This document shows positions 29,660 through 38,220 of a DNA stretch of 64,000 nucleotides, piece after piece. The notes below the pieces were generated by a model. That model was not told where the DNA came from. It saw only the letters and a list, made by a program, of their open reading frames with translations, and searched no databases. Within the stretch, counting starts at the first letter, position 1. Every line of letters begins with the position of its first letter. The translations under genes were made by a program, and so were the position numbers. The stretch spans positions 2,464,001-2,528,000 of the forward strand of contig OZ223236.1 in assembly GCA_965140445.1 (NCBI GenBank), read 5' to 3'. This DNA is from Candidatus Ozemobacteraceae bacterium. Lineage in GTDB: Bacteria; Muiribacteriota; Ozemobacteria; Ozemobacterales; Ozemobacteraceae.

Positions 29660-30823
29660 TTAAGTTCTTTTATATATTAAAACTTTCTGGCGGCTTTCAT
29701 TGAAATCCGCCAGATCTTTTTTTAGCTCATGAATAATTGCCTCAAATGGAGCTTCAGAAATCAGTAGATTACGTATTGAGTCTGTTCCTGCGAGGTAATC
29801 AAAAAATGGATGATCAAGATTAGGTCTTGGTGTAAATTCTATTAAATCTCCGTGAACTTTTAGGCACGTAAAAATCATCGCTAAACCTATTTCCACAGAA
29901 TTAGATAGAAAATGATCCGTAGCTGAAATTTCGATTCCTCGACAATTTTCTCCAGCAAATTTTGAAAATGTAGGCAGAAACTCTATTGCGTTTAATTGAA
30001 TTGGATAGCTAAAATTTTCGCTATAAATTTCCAGGAATCTTTCAGAATCAAACCAGGGTGCTCCAAAAGTTTGAAATGGTGATCGAGTTCCTCTTCCTTC
30101 AGAAAGATTTGTTCCTTCAAAAAGGCAGGTTCCAGGGTAGAACTTGGCAGTTTCAGTTGAATGCATACTGGGTGAAGGCTTAAACCAGGGAAATTTCAAA
30201 TCTTCGTATACCGTAGGACAAGCGTAGTCCTGGCACTCCCAGACTATAAGGTCCAGTTTATAGTTGTTTCTTTGCTTCCACCACTTTCCTAGCTCTCCAG
30301 GGGTCATTCCATAACGAAGTGGAATGGGAAGATGACTGACGAATGATTCAAATCCCTGCCGAAGATCAGGACCCTCTACTATTTTTCCCCCGAGAATATC
30401 TGGCCTATCGAGGATATGGACTGGAGTTTGGGTTTTTTCTGCAGCGTCAATAACGTTTTTTAGTGTTGAGATGTAGGTATAAAATCTTACGCCAACATCT
30501 TGAATGTCGTATAAGAGAATGTCGAGGTCAGAAAAAAGAGAAATGTCTGGATTTTTTGAACTCCCATAAAGACTAATAATCGGGATACTCAATTCTTTAT
30601 GGACAGAATTTGAAACATGCTCTCCATCAGGTTCCTGAGAAGAAAATCCGTGTTCTGGTGAAAAAACAAGTTTCAAATCGAAGCGGGGATCATCATTGAT
30701 AAGATTCAAAATGCTGATTCCGTTGGAATTCCTGCCAGTATAATTGGTTACTATGCCAACATTAACAGTTTTTGAACTTTTAAAGTTGCTGAGAAAGTTT
30801 TCCAGACCGGGTTTAAAATTCAT
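29660..30823 (-). CDS. Exo-β-N-acetylmuramidase NamZ (DUF1343) family
   Basis: FSPEHG, SLYG, YDIQDVGVRFYTYIST, LDRP, PSPSM, LSEGRGT. Confidence 0.9.
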   Translation of the reverse strand: MNFKPGLENFLSNFKSSKTVNVGIVTNYTGRNSNGISILNLINDDPRFDLKLVFSPEHGFSSQEPDGEHVSNSVHKELSIPIISLYGSSKNPDISLFSDLDILLYDIQDVGVRFYTYISTLKNVIDAAEKTQTPVHILDRPDILGGKIVEGPDLRQGFESFVSHLPIPLRYGMTPGELGKWWKQRNNYKLDLIVWECQDYACPTVYEDLKFPWFKPSPSMHSTETAKFYPGTCLFEGTNLSEGRGTRSPFQTFGAPWFDSERFLEIYSENFSYPIQLNAIEFLPTFSKFAGENCRGIEISATDHFLSNSVEIGLAMIFTCLKVHGDLIEFTPRPNLDHPFFDYLAGTDSIRNLLISEAPFEAIIHELKKDLADFNESRQKVLIYKRT

Positions 30824-32097
30824 TTTTCCAGCTCTTTTAGTGTGTCTGATAAAAGATAAAGTGATCCAGTAATAAGAACCGTGCCTTTAACTCCATGTAT
30901 CTTTTCAAGCGCTTGTGATACATGTGTACACGTTTCCCATTCTTTTTCTGAAGAATGAGTGTCCAGAAAAAGTTTTGGTTCCATGGCTCTACCACATGAA
31001 GGTGGGCAATATATAAAACGGGTCCCGACCGTTTCAAGGCGAGAGGCCATTATGGATGCAGGTTTTTCTTCCAATGTGCCAAAAATAATTGTCAAAGGCT
31101 CTTCTGGCGGGTATCTTTTCAGATATCTGAGTAAACAGTCTAAGCCTTCCGGGTTATGCGCTCCGTCCAGCAGAAAGGTATTGTGTTCCTTTTTTATCCA
31201 TTGGAGACGTCCTGGCCAGAATACAGTTTTTATACCAGTAACAATCGCTTCATCTGAAATTTGAAACCCATTGCTTTTAAGTTTTTCGATTAATTGAAGC
31301 GCTAGAGCCAGGTTTTCAAGTTGGTGTTCACCAGGCATTGGGAAAAAGATTTCCTCATCTGAGTATGGAGTTTTTATCTGGTGTCCATTTGAGCAGCTGT
31401 TGATTGTTGTGAACATTTTTTCTCGTTCAACAATAATCATTTCAGACTTAATATTGTCTGTTGCTTCCTTAAAAACCTTAAGAATTTCAGGGTCTTTTTC
31501 AGTAGTGATGAGAGGTCTTTTCTTCCTGATTATTCCAAGTTTTTCTTTTGCTATGGAAACTTTTCCTGTCCCAAGCATATCCTGATGATCAGTACCTATG
31601 TTGGTAATTAAGGAAATTTCTGGTTCAGCTGTATTTGTTGAATCAAATCTTCCTCCCAGACCAACCTCAAGTAGAACAAGATCGCATTCCATTTCTTTGA
31701 ATACTAAAAAAGCAAGAGCGGTAACTGTCTCGAAGAATCCAGGACCACCAATTGAGGGTTCTTTGTCCATGAGTTTAAAAATTTCTTTTAATTCTGAAAC
31801 TGCTTCGACCCACAATTTATTTTCTACAGGTTGCCCTTTAACTCTAACTCTTTCACGAAGATCCATAAGATGTGGAGACGTAAGTGCCCCAATATTGTAA
31901 TCTTCACATTGGCAAAGAATTGATTCTGCAATAGAAGTAACAGAGCCCTTTCCATTAGTTCCACCAATTATTACTGTGGCGTATTCTCTTTGAGGGTTTT
32001 TTAATTCCTCAAGGAGATATCGCATTCTATCTAAACTATAAGACCCCGTTCGTGGGCCTCTTTCAATTATCCAGTTAAGAACGTCATTTATTTTCAT
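30820..32097 (-). CDS. folC: Folylpolyglutamate synthase/dihydrofolate synthase
   Basis: GTNGKGS, TSPHL, EVGLGGRFDSTN, WPGR, DGAHN, TGSLY. Start taken at MKIND. Confidence 0.93.
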   Translation of the reverse strand: MKINDVLNWIIERGPRTGSYSLDRMRYLLEELKNPQREYATVIIGGTNGKGSVTSIAESILCQCEDYNIGALTSPHLMDLRERVRVKGQPVENKLWVEAVSELKEIFKLMDKEPSIGGPGFFETVTALAFLVFKEMECDLVLLEVGLGGRFDSTNTAEPEISLITNIGTDHQDMLGTGKVSIAKEKLGIIRKKRPLITTEKDPEILKVFKEATDNIKSEMIIVEREKMFTTINSCSNGHQIKTPYSDEEIFFPMPGEHQLENLALALQLIEKLKSNGFQISDEAIVTGIKTVFWPGRLQWIKKEHNTFLLDGAHNPEGLDCLLRYLKRYPPEEPLTIIFGTLEEKPASIMASRLETVGTRFIYCPPSCGRAMEPKLFLDTHSSEKEWETCTHVSQALEKIHGVKGTVLITGSLYLLSDTLKELEK

Positions 32098-32257
32098 TAA
32101 AAAACCCGATTTAAAGAATGATTTTACAACTAAAAGGCGCATTAAATATATCAGAAGGAGAACACCAAAAAAAGAAATTTATCTAAAATGCTATCAGATA
32201 GGGTATTGAATTTGCCGAAGTGATTATGTACTCTGGAGTAATTAGGACGGTATTGAT

Positions 32258-34687
32258 ATGATTTTTCCTGAAGATAAAGATTTAAAAAACGGATTTGACC
32301 CTGCGGAAGATGATGGGGGAGATGATTCGGAAACAATAACGCAAAAAGTCATTAGTTGGCTTTGGTTTTTTTTCAAACTGGGTTTTGCGCTTACTGTTGT
32401 TGGAACCATTGTAATCACCGGAGCTGTGGTTGGTGCTTTAAAAGGATTTTCAGAAAGAATTCCAATTATTTCTGATAACTCTTATCGACCCAATTTGACC
32501 ACACAGGTTTTTGATTCTAACGGAAAACTATTGGCAAAGCTTCACGCCGAAGAAAATAGAACCAGAATTCTCTCCAGCCAGGAAATCCCTAAAATTATGA
32601 AGCAGGCGGTTGTTGCCATTGAAGATGAAAGGTTTTATCAACATTACGGTATCGATCTTATGGGTATCACCAGAGCGATGTTGAAGAATCTAAAGGCTGG
32701 AAGAGTAGTGCAGGGAGCTTCAACATTAACTCAGCAACTTGTAAAAAATGCATTTTTAACAAGCGAGAAAACTTTAAAAAGAAAAGCAATCGAAGCTATG
32801 ATGGCATTTCAGCTAGAACGTAAATACTCTAAGGATGAAATTCTGACTTTGTATTTGAATGAGATTTACTTTGGGCATGGAGCTTATGGTCTGGCAGCTG
32901 CTTCAGAAATTTATTTCGACAAGGACCCAAAGGATCTGACACTTTCTGAATGTGCGATGCTTTCTGGTATTCCAAAAAGTCCAGTGGCTTTCTCCCCATT
33001 CAGAAATCCAGAAAACAATATGAGCAGAAGAAACCTTGTTTTATCGAAAATGGTAGAACTTGGCTTCATTACTCCGGCTCAATATGAGGCAGCCAAAAAG
33101 GAATGCCCTGTTTTGAGTCCATTAAAGAATCAGGATCCAAAAGCACCATATTTTGTGACTTACGTTCGTGATAAACTGCTGGAAAAATATGGGGCTAACC
33201 TAGTTTATAATGGCGGTTTAAAGGTATATACGACTTTAGACCTTGATTTGCAGAAATATGCCGAGGATGCGATGGCATCGTCTTCTCTTTTTGTTAAAAG
33301 ACCCATCGATAAGGACCCAAATTTAAATGGCTCATTGGTGAGTTTAAATCCCAAGAATGGTCACATTTTAGCAATGTATGGGGGAAGAAGCTTCAAACAA
33401 TCTCAATTTAACCGGGTTACTCAAGCGTATAGGCAACCTGGTTCTTCTTTTAAGCCCTTTGTTTATGCTTGTGCGCTTGAAAGCGGTATGCTTCCAAACG
33501 ATAAGCTTGTAGATGAATTCATCAGTTATACCAATCCCTGGACAAAGCAGGTTTGGTCGCCAAAAAACTATGACTTGAAATATCATGGGACTGTTACTTT
33601 AGTAAAAGCACTTTGCAAAAGCTTTAACATCCCGGCGGTCAAACTTATTGATAAATTGACTCCTGCAAAGGTAATTAGATTTGCCAGAAAACTTGGTATT
33701 ATGGCCCAAATGGAGCCCAACCTTTCCCTGGCATTGGGATCAGGCCAGTTTACTCCACTAGAGATGGCATCCGCATATGGGGTGTTTGCAAATCTAGGTG
33801 TTCATTGCAGACCGATTGCTATTACCAAAGTGTTAGACAGGGATGGAAATGTGTTGGAAGAAAACCTTCCTTATGCAAAAGAAGTTATGAAAGCAGTTAA
33901 TGCTTCAATGATTTGTGACATGCTTAAAACAGCAGTAGAAAGAGGAACTGGACGGCGCGCAAAGGTTAAAGGCCGAACTGTTGGTGGAAAAACAGGTACT
34001 ACAAATGACTATGTGGACGCCTGGTTTAATGGAATATCTCCGCATCTTGTTACTGTGGTGCAGTTTGGATATGACATGCCAAAATCTCTTGGACCAAAAA
34101 TGGCTGGAGGTTCCGTAGCTGGACCTGTTTGGAAAGCCTTTATGGAAAAAGCATTGGAACATTTCCCTGAAAAGGATTTTCCTGTTCCAGAGGGTGCTGT
34201 CAGATGTAGAATTTGTATGACATCTGGTAAATTATCATCAAGAAATTGTCCTGGTATCGAATGTGTTTATCAGGTTTTTCCTATCGAATCTCAGCCTTTA
34301 ACGGAATGTGAGCATTATATTGCAGTAGCTCAGGCAACTCCGGCTAACGATGATGCGGATGGATTCGCTGATGTCGCAACTGGTAGTTATATGCCTAATC
34401 CTGATTTCTTCCGAGGGGATTATCAGAATTCAGGCGCCCCACAATCCAGACCTGGTGTGACTTTGGTTAGCCCTCCGGCTCAAGCAGGAACAAGCACGCA
34501 GGGCCAGTGGTTACCAAAAAAGCAAAATGATGGACAGTATCTTAAAAAATGGGGAGCTGATCAGCAAATACCAGCTGATGCCTTCCTTGATGAGAGCATG
34601 GCCGACGTGCCCGCTACAGAACCCGGACGTGAACCGGGAGTAGTTATTTCTCCCCCTAAGATTAATTTCCAGAACGATTATCACTAA
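32258..34687 (+). CDS. Class A penicillin-binding protein (PBP1A family)
   Basis: EDERFYQH, GASTLTQQL, SSFK, SFN, KTGT; TM anchor; Cys-rich and disordered C-tail. Confidence 0.95.
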   Translation: MIFPEDKDLKNGFDPAEDDGGDDSETITQKVISWLWFFFKLGFALTVVGTIVITGAVVGALKGFSERIPIISDNSYRPNLTTQVFDSNGKLLAKLHAEENRTRILSSQEIPKIMKQAVVAIEDERFYQHYGIDLMGITRAMLKNLKAGRVVQGASTLTQQLVKNAFLTSEKTLKRKAIEAMMAFQLERKYSKDEILTLYLNEIYFGHGAYGLAAASEIYFDKDPKDLTLSECAMLSGIPKSPVAFSPFRNPENNMSRRNLVLSKMVELGFITPAQYEAAKKECPVLSPLKNQDPKAPYFVTYVRDKLLEKYGANLVYNGGLKVYTTLDLDLQKYAEDAMASSSLFVKRPIDKDPNLNGSLVSLNPKNGHILAMYGGRSFKQSQFNRVTQAYRQPGSSFKPFVYACALESGMLPNDKLVDEFISYTNPWTKQVWSPKNYDLKYHGTVTLVKALCKSFNIPAVKLIDKLTPAKVIRFARKLGIMAQMEPNLSLALGSGQFTPLEMASAYGVFANLGVHCRPIAITKVLDRDGNVLEENLPYAKEVMKAVNASMICDMLKTAVERGTGRRAKVKGRTVGGKTGTTNDYVDAWFNGISPHLVTVVQFGYDMPKSLGPKMAGGSVAGPVWKAFMEKALEHFPEKDFPVPEGAVRCRICMTSGKLSSRNCPGIECVYQVFPIESQPLTECEHYIAVAQATPANDDADGFADVATGSYMPNPDFFRGDYQNSGAPQSRPGVTLVSPPAQAGTSTQGQWLPKKQNDGQYLKKWGADQQIPADAFLDESMADVPATEPGREPGVVISPPKINFQNDYH

Positions 34688-34711
34688 GAAAATTAAAGTT
34701 TTAAAGGATAT

Positions 34712-34754
34712 AAAACGCGACCTAAGAATCTCAACGTAGGTCGCGTTTTTTTTT
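34712..34754 (+). terminator. Intrinsic terminator after PBP1A
   Basis: AAAACGCGACCTA…TAGGTCGCGTTTTTTTTT. Confidence 0.85.
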
Positions 34755-34966
34755 GTAAACAATATGGAATAGGTAAAAAGCAGGATTAAAAATGTTTGGA
34801 ACAAAATCATTTGTATTTTAAGCTTTTATGCAAAAAGGAAAGAACCCATTACGGTAAAAGGGGGGAGGGGCATTTGCTTTCAAAGTATTGTTTTCAGTTA
34901 TAAAATCTGAAACAAAGTGAAAAAGGTTTGCAAATATTCAAAACAAAATTGTAAATGACTGGAAAA

Positions 34967-35842
34967 CTAATTTCTTGGAGAAAGAGACGCGAAAGTTGAT
35001 AGTTTTGTTTTGGTTTCAGCTGCCAAAATAACGCTTTTTAAAAGGCCATGCAGCTCTTTTACTGTTAACCTGTCATGCATTCCCAACTCTTGAGAATTCC
35101 TGCAAATTGGCACTCCAATCAAAGTAAGAGCTTCAGCAGGAATGTTCAAATAATGAAACTTCGGAATGTCCTTAAAAGCAATTTGTCCGGAAAAATTTTT
35201 ATAGTCAAAACCAAATAAATCAGAGGTTAAGCTGAACAAAAATTGAGCAGCGGTGCCTCGAGAAAGATCTTTATTCATATTGGCTTCGGTATTTTGCAGA
35301 CCTGTGAGATATTTTGAAGATGATCCAAACTTATCCTGGTCCATAAATAAAACGCTATTAAGATGTTTAACAGCAATATTAGTTGCTAAGATCAAATCCT
35401 TTAAATTGGCTTTTCTTTCTAAATTTTGCGAACCTTGCCAATTATTTAATTCGAGTAGAGCATCAGTTGCAAAAAAGCCTCTTGATTCAATATCTGTCAT
35501 TGAAATTTGATGTGGAAGATCTGGAATAGAATTAAAATTCTCAGCCTGTTGGTGCATGCCCATTGAACCAAAAGCAAATGCGCTCATTATAAGGCCGAAA
35601 GAAAAGCCAGTAGCAAATTTTCTTGCTCTTGCCCGATTAAAAAAAGAAATCTTTGAATGGAACCATTTTTTTATTCTAAGGTTAAGGTTCATACCCCGAC
35701 CGCAGCCACCACAAAATTTGGCGTATGGAATGTTCTTGTGACCACATTCTGAGCAAGGCTCTCTAAGTGAATATCCACATTCAGGGCATTCACCTGTTGA
35801 ATTTAAATTGGCTTTTTCGCATCGAGGACAGTTCGAAAACAT
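34967..35842 (-). CDS. Double zinc ribbon + TM protein with possible SLH-like extracytoplasmic part
   Basis: CPRC, CPECG, CSECG, FCGGCG; TM; SRGTAAQFL…FKDIP. Confidence 0.65.
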   Translation of the reverse strand: MFSNCPRCEKANLNSTGECPECGYSLREPCSECGHKNIPYAKFCGGCGRGMNLNLRIKKWFHSKISFFNRARARKFATGFSFGLIMSAFAFGSMGMHQQAENFNSIPDLPHQISMTDIESRGFFATDALLELNNWQGSQNLERKANLKDLILATNIAVKHLNSVLFMDQDKFGSSSKYLTGLQNTEANMNKDLSRGTAAQFLFSLTSDLFGFDYKNFSGQIAFKDIPKFHYLNIPAEALTLIGVPICRNSQELGMHDRLTVKELHGLLKSVILAAETKTKLSTFASLSPRN

Positions 35843-35904
35843 AAAACTCTCTCAAATTAATCTGTATTCTATGTATCGACATCTTTTCAATTTTTCTAAA
35901 ATGA

Positions 35905-35930
35905 AATTCCCACCATTTCTGGTGGGAATT
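35905..35930 (-). terminator. Hairpin downstream of hfq (probable terminator)
   Basis: AATTCCCACCA-TTTC-TGGTGGGAATT. Confidence 0.6.
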
Positions 35931-35933
35931 AAA

Positions 35934-36302
35934 TTAAAAATCGTCTTTTCTGGGTTTTTTAGGCGGCGGTGGGTCGTTTATTTCAACATCATCGTCTACG
36001 AAAACCTTTGGATATGATGGCCTTGGCGCTGGAGATGAATCTCTGTCATATCTTCTTGGGGCGCTGTTAGAAAACCTTCTTACTGGTTCTGGGCGCATAG
36101 GTAAAAGACTGATGTAAATAATCGATGATTTGTAAATTATTTCAACTTTATCTTTAAAAGAAAGGGAGATCGAAAATTGATCATATGCCTTAATTTTTCC
36201 GCGCAAAACGGTTCCGGTTTCGAGAACGACTTCAGCTTTCTGATGACGTTTTCTAGCCTGTGAAAGAAACAAGTTCTGGATTTGTGATTTATATTGAGAC
36301 AT
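35934..36302 (-). CDS. hfq: Hfq-family RNA chaperone (divergent)
   Basis: Start MSQYK (GGAG RBS); IQNLFL..AR, G..L.GKI..YDQF, IYKSSI; Pro/Arg-rich tail with an acidic patch. Confidence 0.75.
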   Translation of the reverse strand: MSQYKSQIQNLFLSQARKRHQKAEVVLETGTVLRGKIKAYDQFSISLSFKDKVEIIYKSSIIYISLLPMRPEPVRRFSNSAPRRYDRDSSPAPRPSYPKVFVDDDVEINDPPPPKKPRKDDF

Positions 36303-36375
36303 TGAACTCTCCGTTTGAGCTTTAAATCCTTTGTGTATGTTACATGGTTTTGAAAAAAAAAACAACTAAAGAAAG

Positions 36376-37059
36376 TTATTTCATTCCAGCAATAGCTTTA
36401 GTTTTTGTCTGAAGCTCTTGAAGGAGGGAATCAATTTTCTTGGCTTCCTGAGCAGAGTCTTCGGCGAGTTTTTTCATCTCCGATGCAACAACAGAAAATG
36501 CTCTCCCAGCTTCTCCAACACGGGCTGCTTCAATAGAGGCATTTAGGGAAAGAAGATTACTTTTTCGGGCAATTTTAGTAATTACTCGGATAACATCTTC
36601 CATCTGATTGGTTGAGACTTCAAGTTCTTTTAAATGGTCGTTTGTAGCTCTCAAACGCTCAGTGGTAAGTTTTAGGATCTGAAACGAAATTTCTGGTACG
36701 TCTGCCAGAAGTTGTCTAAAGTCATCCTTGGTAATAATTAAAAAGGAGGTTTCCTGAATGGTTGCGATAGAAGCAGAACGGGGCTGTTCATCAATAATGG
36801 CCATATCACCGATAACTGAGCCTTTGGCCAGAGAAACCAAAACAGAGTCCACGCCCGCCTTATTTCGTTTAAGGACGTTAACTTTTCCTGATTTAACAAT
36901 ATAAAGCGCGTCACCCTTATCCCCTTCTTTAAAAACCATAGTTTTAGCAGGGATATTTTGCTCAATTGTAATGGCAGAAAGATCAAGCAATGCTTTATCA
37001 GTTAGACTTCTGAAAAGCGTAACCTGTCTTAAAAATTGAATTTTATCTATTGATGACAT
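36376..37059 (-). CDS. cNMP-binding domain fused to a truncated MCP signalling domain
   Basis: [16 protein letters not shown]…[51 protein letters not shown]. Confidence 0.88.
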   Translation of the reverse strand: MSSIDKIQFLRQVTLFRSLTDKALLDLSAITIEQNIPAKTMVFKEGDKGDALYIVKSGKVNVLKRNKAGVDSVLVSLAKGSVIGDMAIIDEQPRSASIATIQETSFLIITKDDFRQLLADVPEISFQILKLTTERLRATNDHLKELEVSTNQMEDVIRVITKIARKSNLLSLNASIEAARVGEAGRAFSVVASEMKKLAEDSAQEAKKIDSLLQELQTKTKAIAGMK

Positions 37060-37090
37060 TTTTTCTTCTTAGCTGATTTATTGATTTTAG

Positions 37091-37119
37091 ATGTTACCAT
37101 CAGACAAAATTTGAGTCAA
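37091..37119 (-). promoter_or_regulatory. sigma70-type promoter for cNMP-MCP (and hfq)
   Basis: TTGACT-17 nt-TAACAT with extended -10 TG. Confidence 0.6.
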
Positions 37120-37150
37120 TGCGCTTTTGCGGGAATTATTTTGCTGCTAA

Positions 37151-38209
37151 CTATTCTAGCTCAGAGTTTAGAAAAAATTCTTTTCCTACTTCCAGAACTT
37201 TTTGAGGATCTCTCTCTTCACACAAATCTCGTCTTAACCTTGCCGCTCCAGGGTGATTTCTTAAATAGCCAAATAAATGAACTCTAAATAATGGGACTGC
37301 CTTTGGACCCATTTCCATTAGCATATCCAATAGATGATGACGAAAAACCTTGTATTGAAATTCTGGGGAATCAGTTCCGGGATGCCCCAATAATTCTGTA
37401 AATATCCAGGGGCGTCCGACAATTCCACGTCCAAGCATGAAGCCATCGCAATCAGTCATTTCTTTTAAAGTTTTCAAATGCTGAATGCTGGAAATATCGC
37501 CATTGGCAATAAATGGAACTTTCTGGCAAATCTCTTTTATTCCGACAAGATGTTCCCATTGGGCGGTCCCAGCATAGCCCGCTTGCCTCGTTCTAGCATG
37601 AATTGTGATTGCATCCGAGCCTGAGTCTAAAAGAGTTTTTACAAAATCTTTTACATTAATTGTTGTTTCGCTCCATCCAATTCTACACTTTGTCGTTACG
37701 GGTAGCGAAACAGCAGCTTTAACTTTTTTCACTATCTGGGCTGCTAGATCAGGAGTCTTCATTAGCGCCGATCCAGCACCAGTTTTAACTACCTTCGGAA
37801 CTGGGCATCCCATATTAATGTCAATAATATCGCACACATTCATGGCTTCCACCCTTTTTGCCGCTTCTGCCATTAAATCAGGGTTTGAACCAAAAATCTG
37901 GACAGCATAAGGCCTGGTTTCGCCCTGAAACTCAATCATTCGTCTAGTTTGAATGCTGTCTACAGAAATAGCTTTAGCACTGGCAAGCTCTGAGACAATA
38001 AAGCCAACCCCCAGTCGAGAACAGAGCAATCTAAAAGAACCATCTGTAACACCAGCCATAGGTGCGAGAACAAGATTGTTTGGTAGCAGGACATTACCAA
38101 TTTTAATTGGTTTCACAAGCTCTTTGAGCTCATTTGTCCAAATTGAGGTTCGTAACTCCTGAGAAAAAGGAGATGCTGGAGATTCCAGCCATGGCAAATT
38201 GTTAAGCAT
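37151..38209 (-). CDS. dusB: tRNA-dihydrouridine synthase (DusB type)
   Basis: LAPMAGVTD, QIFG, DINMGCP, GAGSALM, HART, ANGDI, MLGRG. Confidence 0.9.
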   Translation of the reverse strand: MLNNLPWLESPASPFSQELRTSIWTNELKELVKPIKIGNVLLPNNLVLAPMAGVTDGSFRLLCSRLGVGFIVSELASAKAISVDSIQTRRMIEFQGETRPYAVQIFGSNPDLMAEAAKRVEAMNVCDIIDINMGCPVPKVVKTGAGSALMKTPDLAAQIVKKVKAAVSLPVTTKCRIGWSETTINVKDFVKTLLDSGSDAITIHARTRQAGYAGTAQWEHLVGIKEICQKVPFIANGDISSIQHLKTLKEMTDCDGFMLGRGIVGRPWIFTELLGHPGTDSPEFQYKVFRHHLLDMLMEMGPKAVPLFRVHLFGYLRNHPGAARLRRDLCEERDPQKVLEVGKEFFLNSELE

Positions 38210-38220
38210 TGGCTTGCTTT

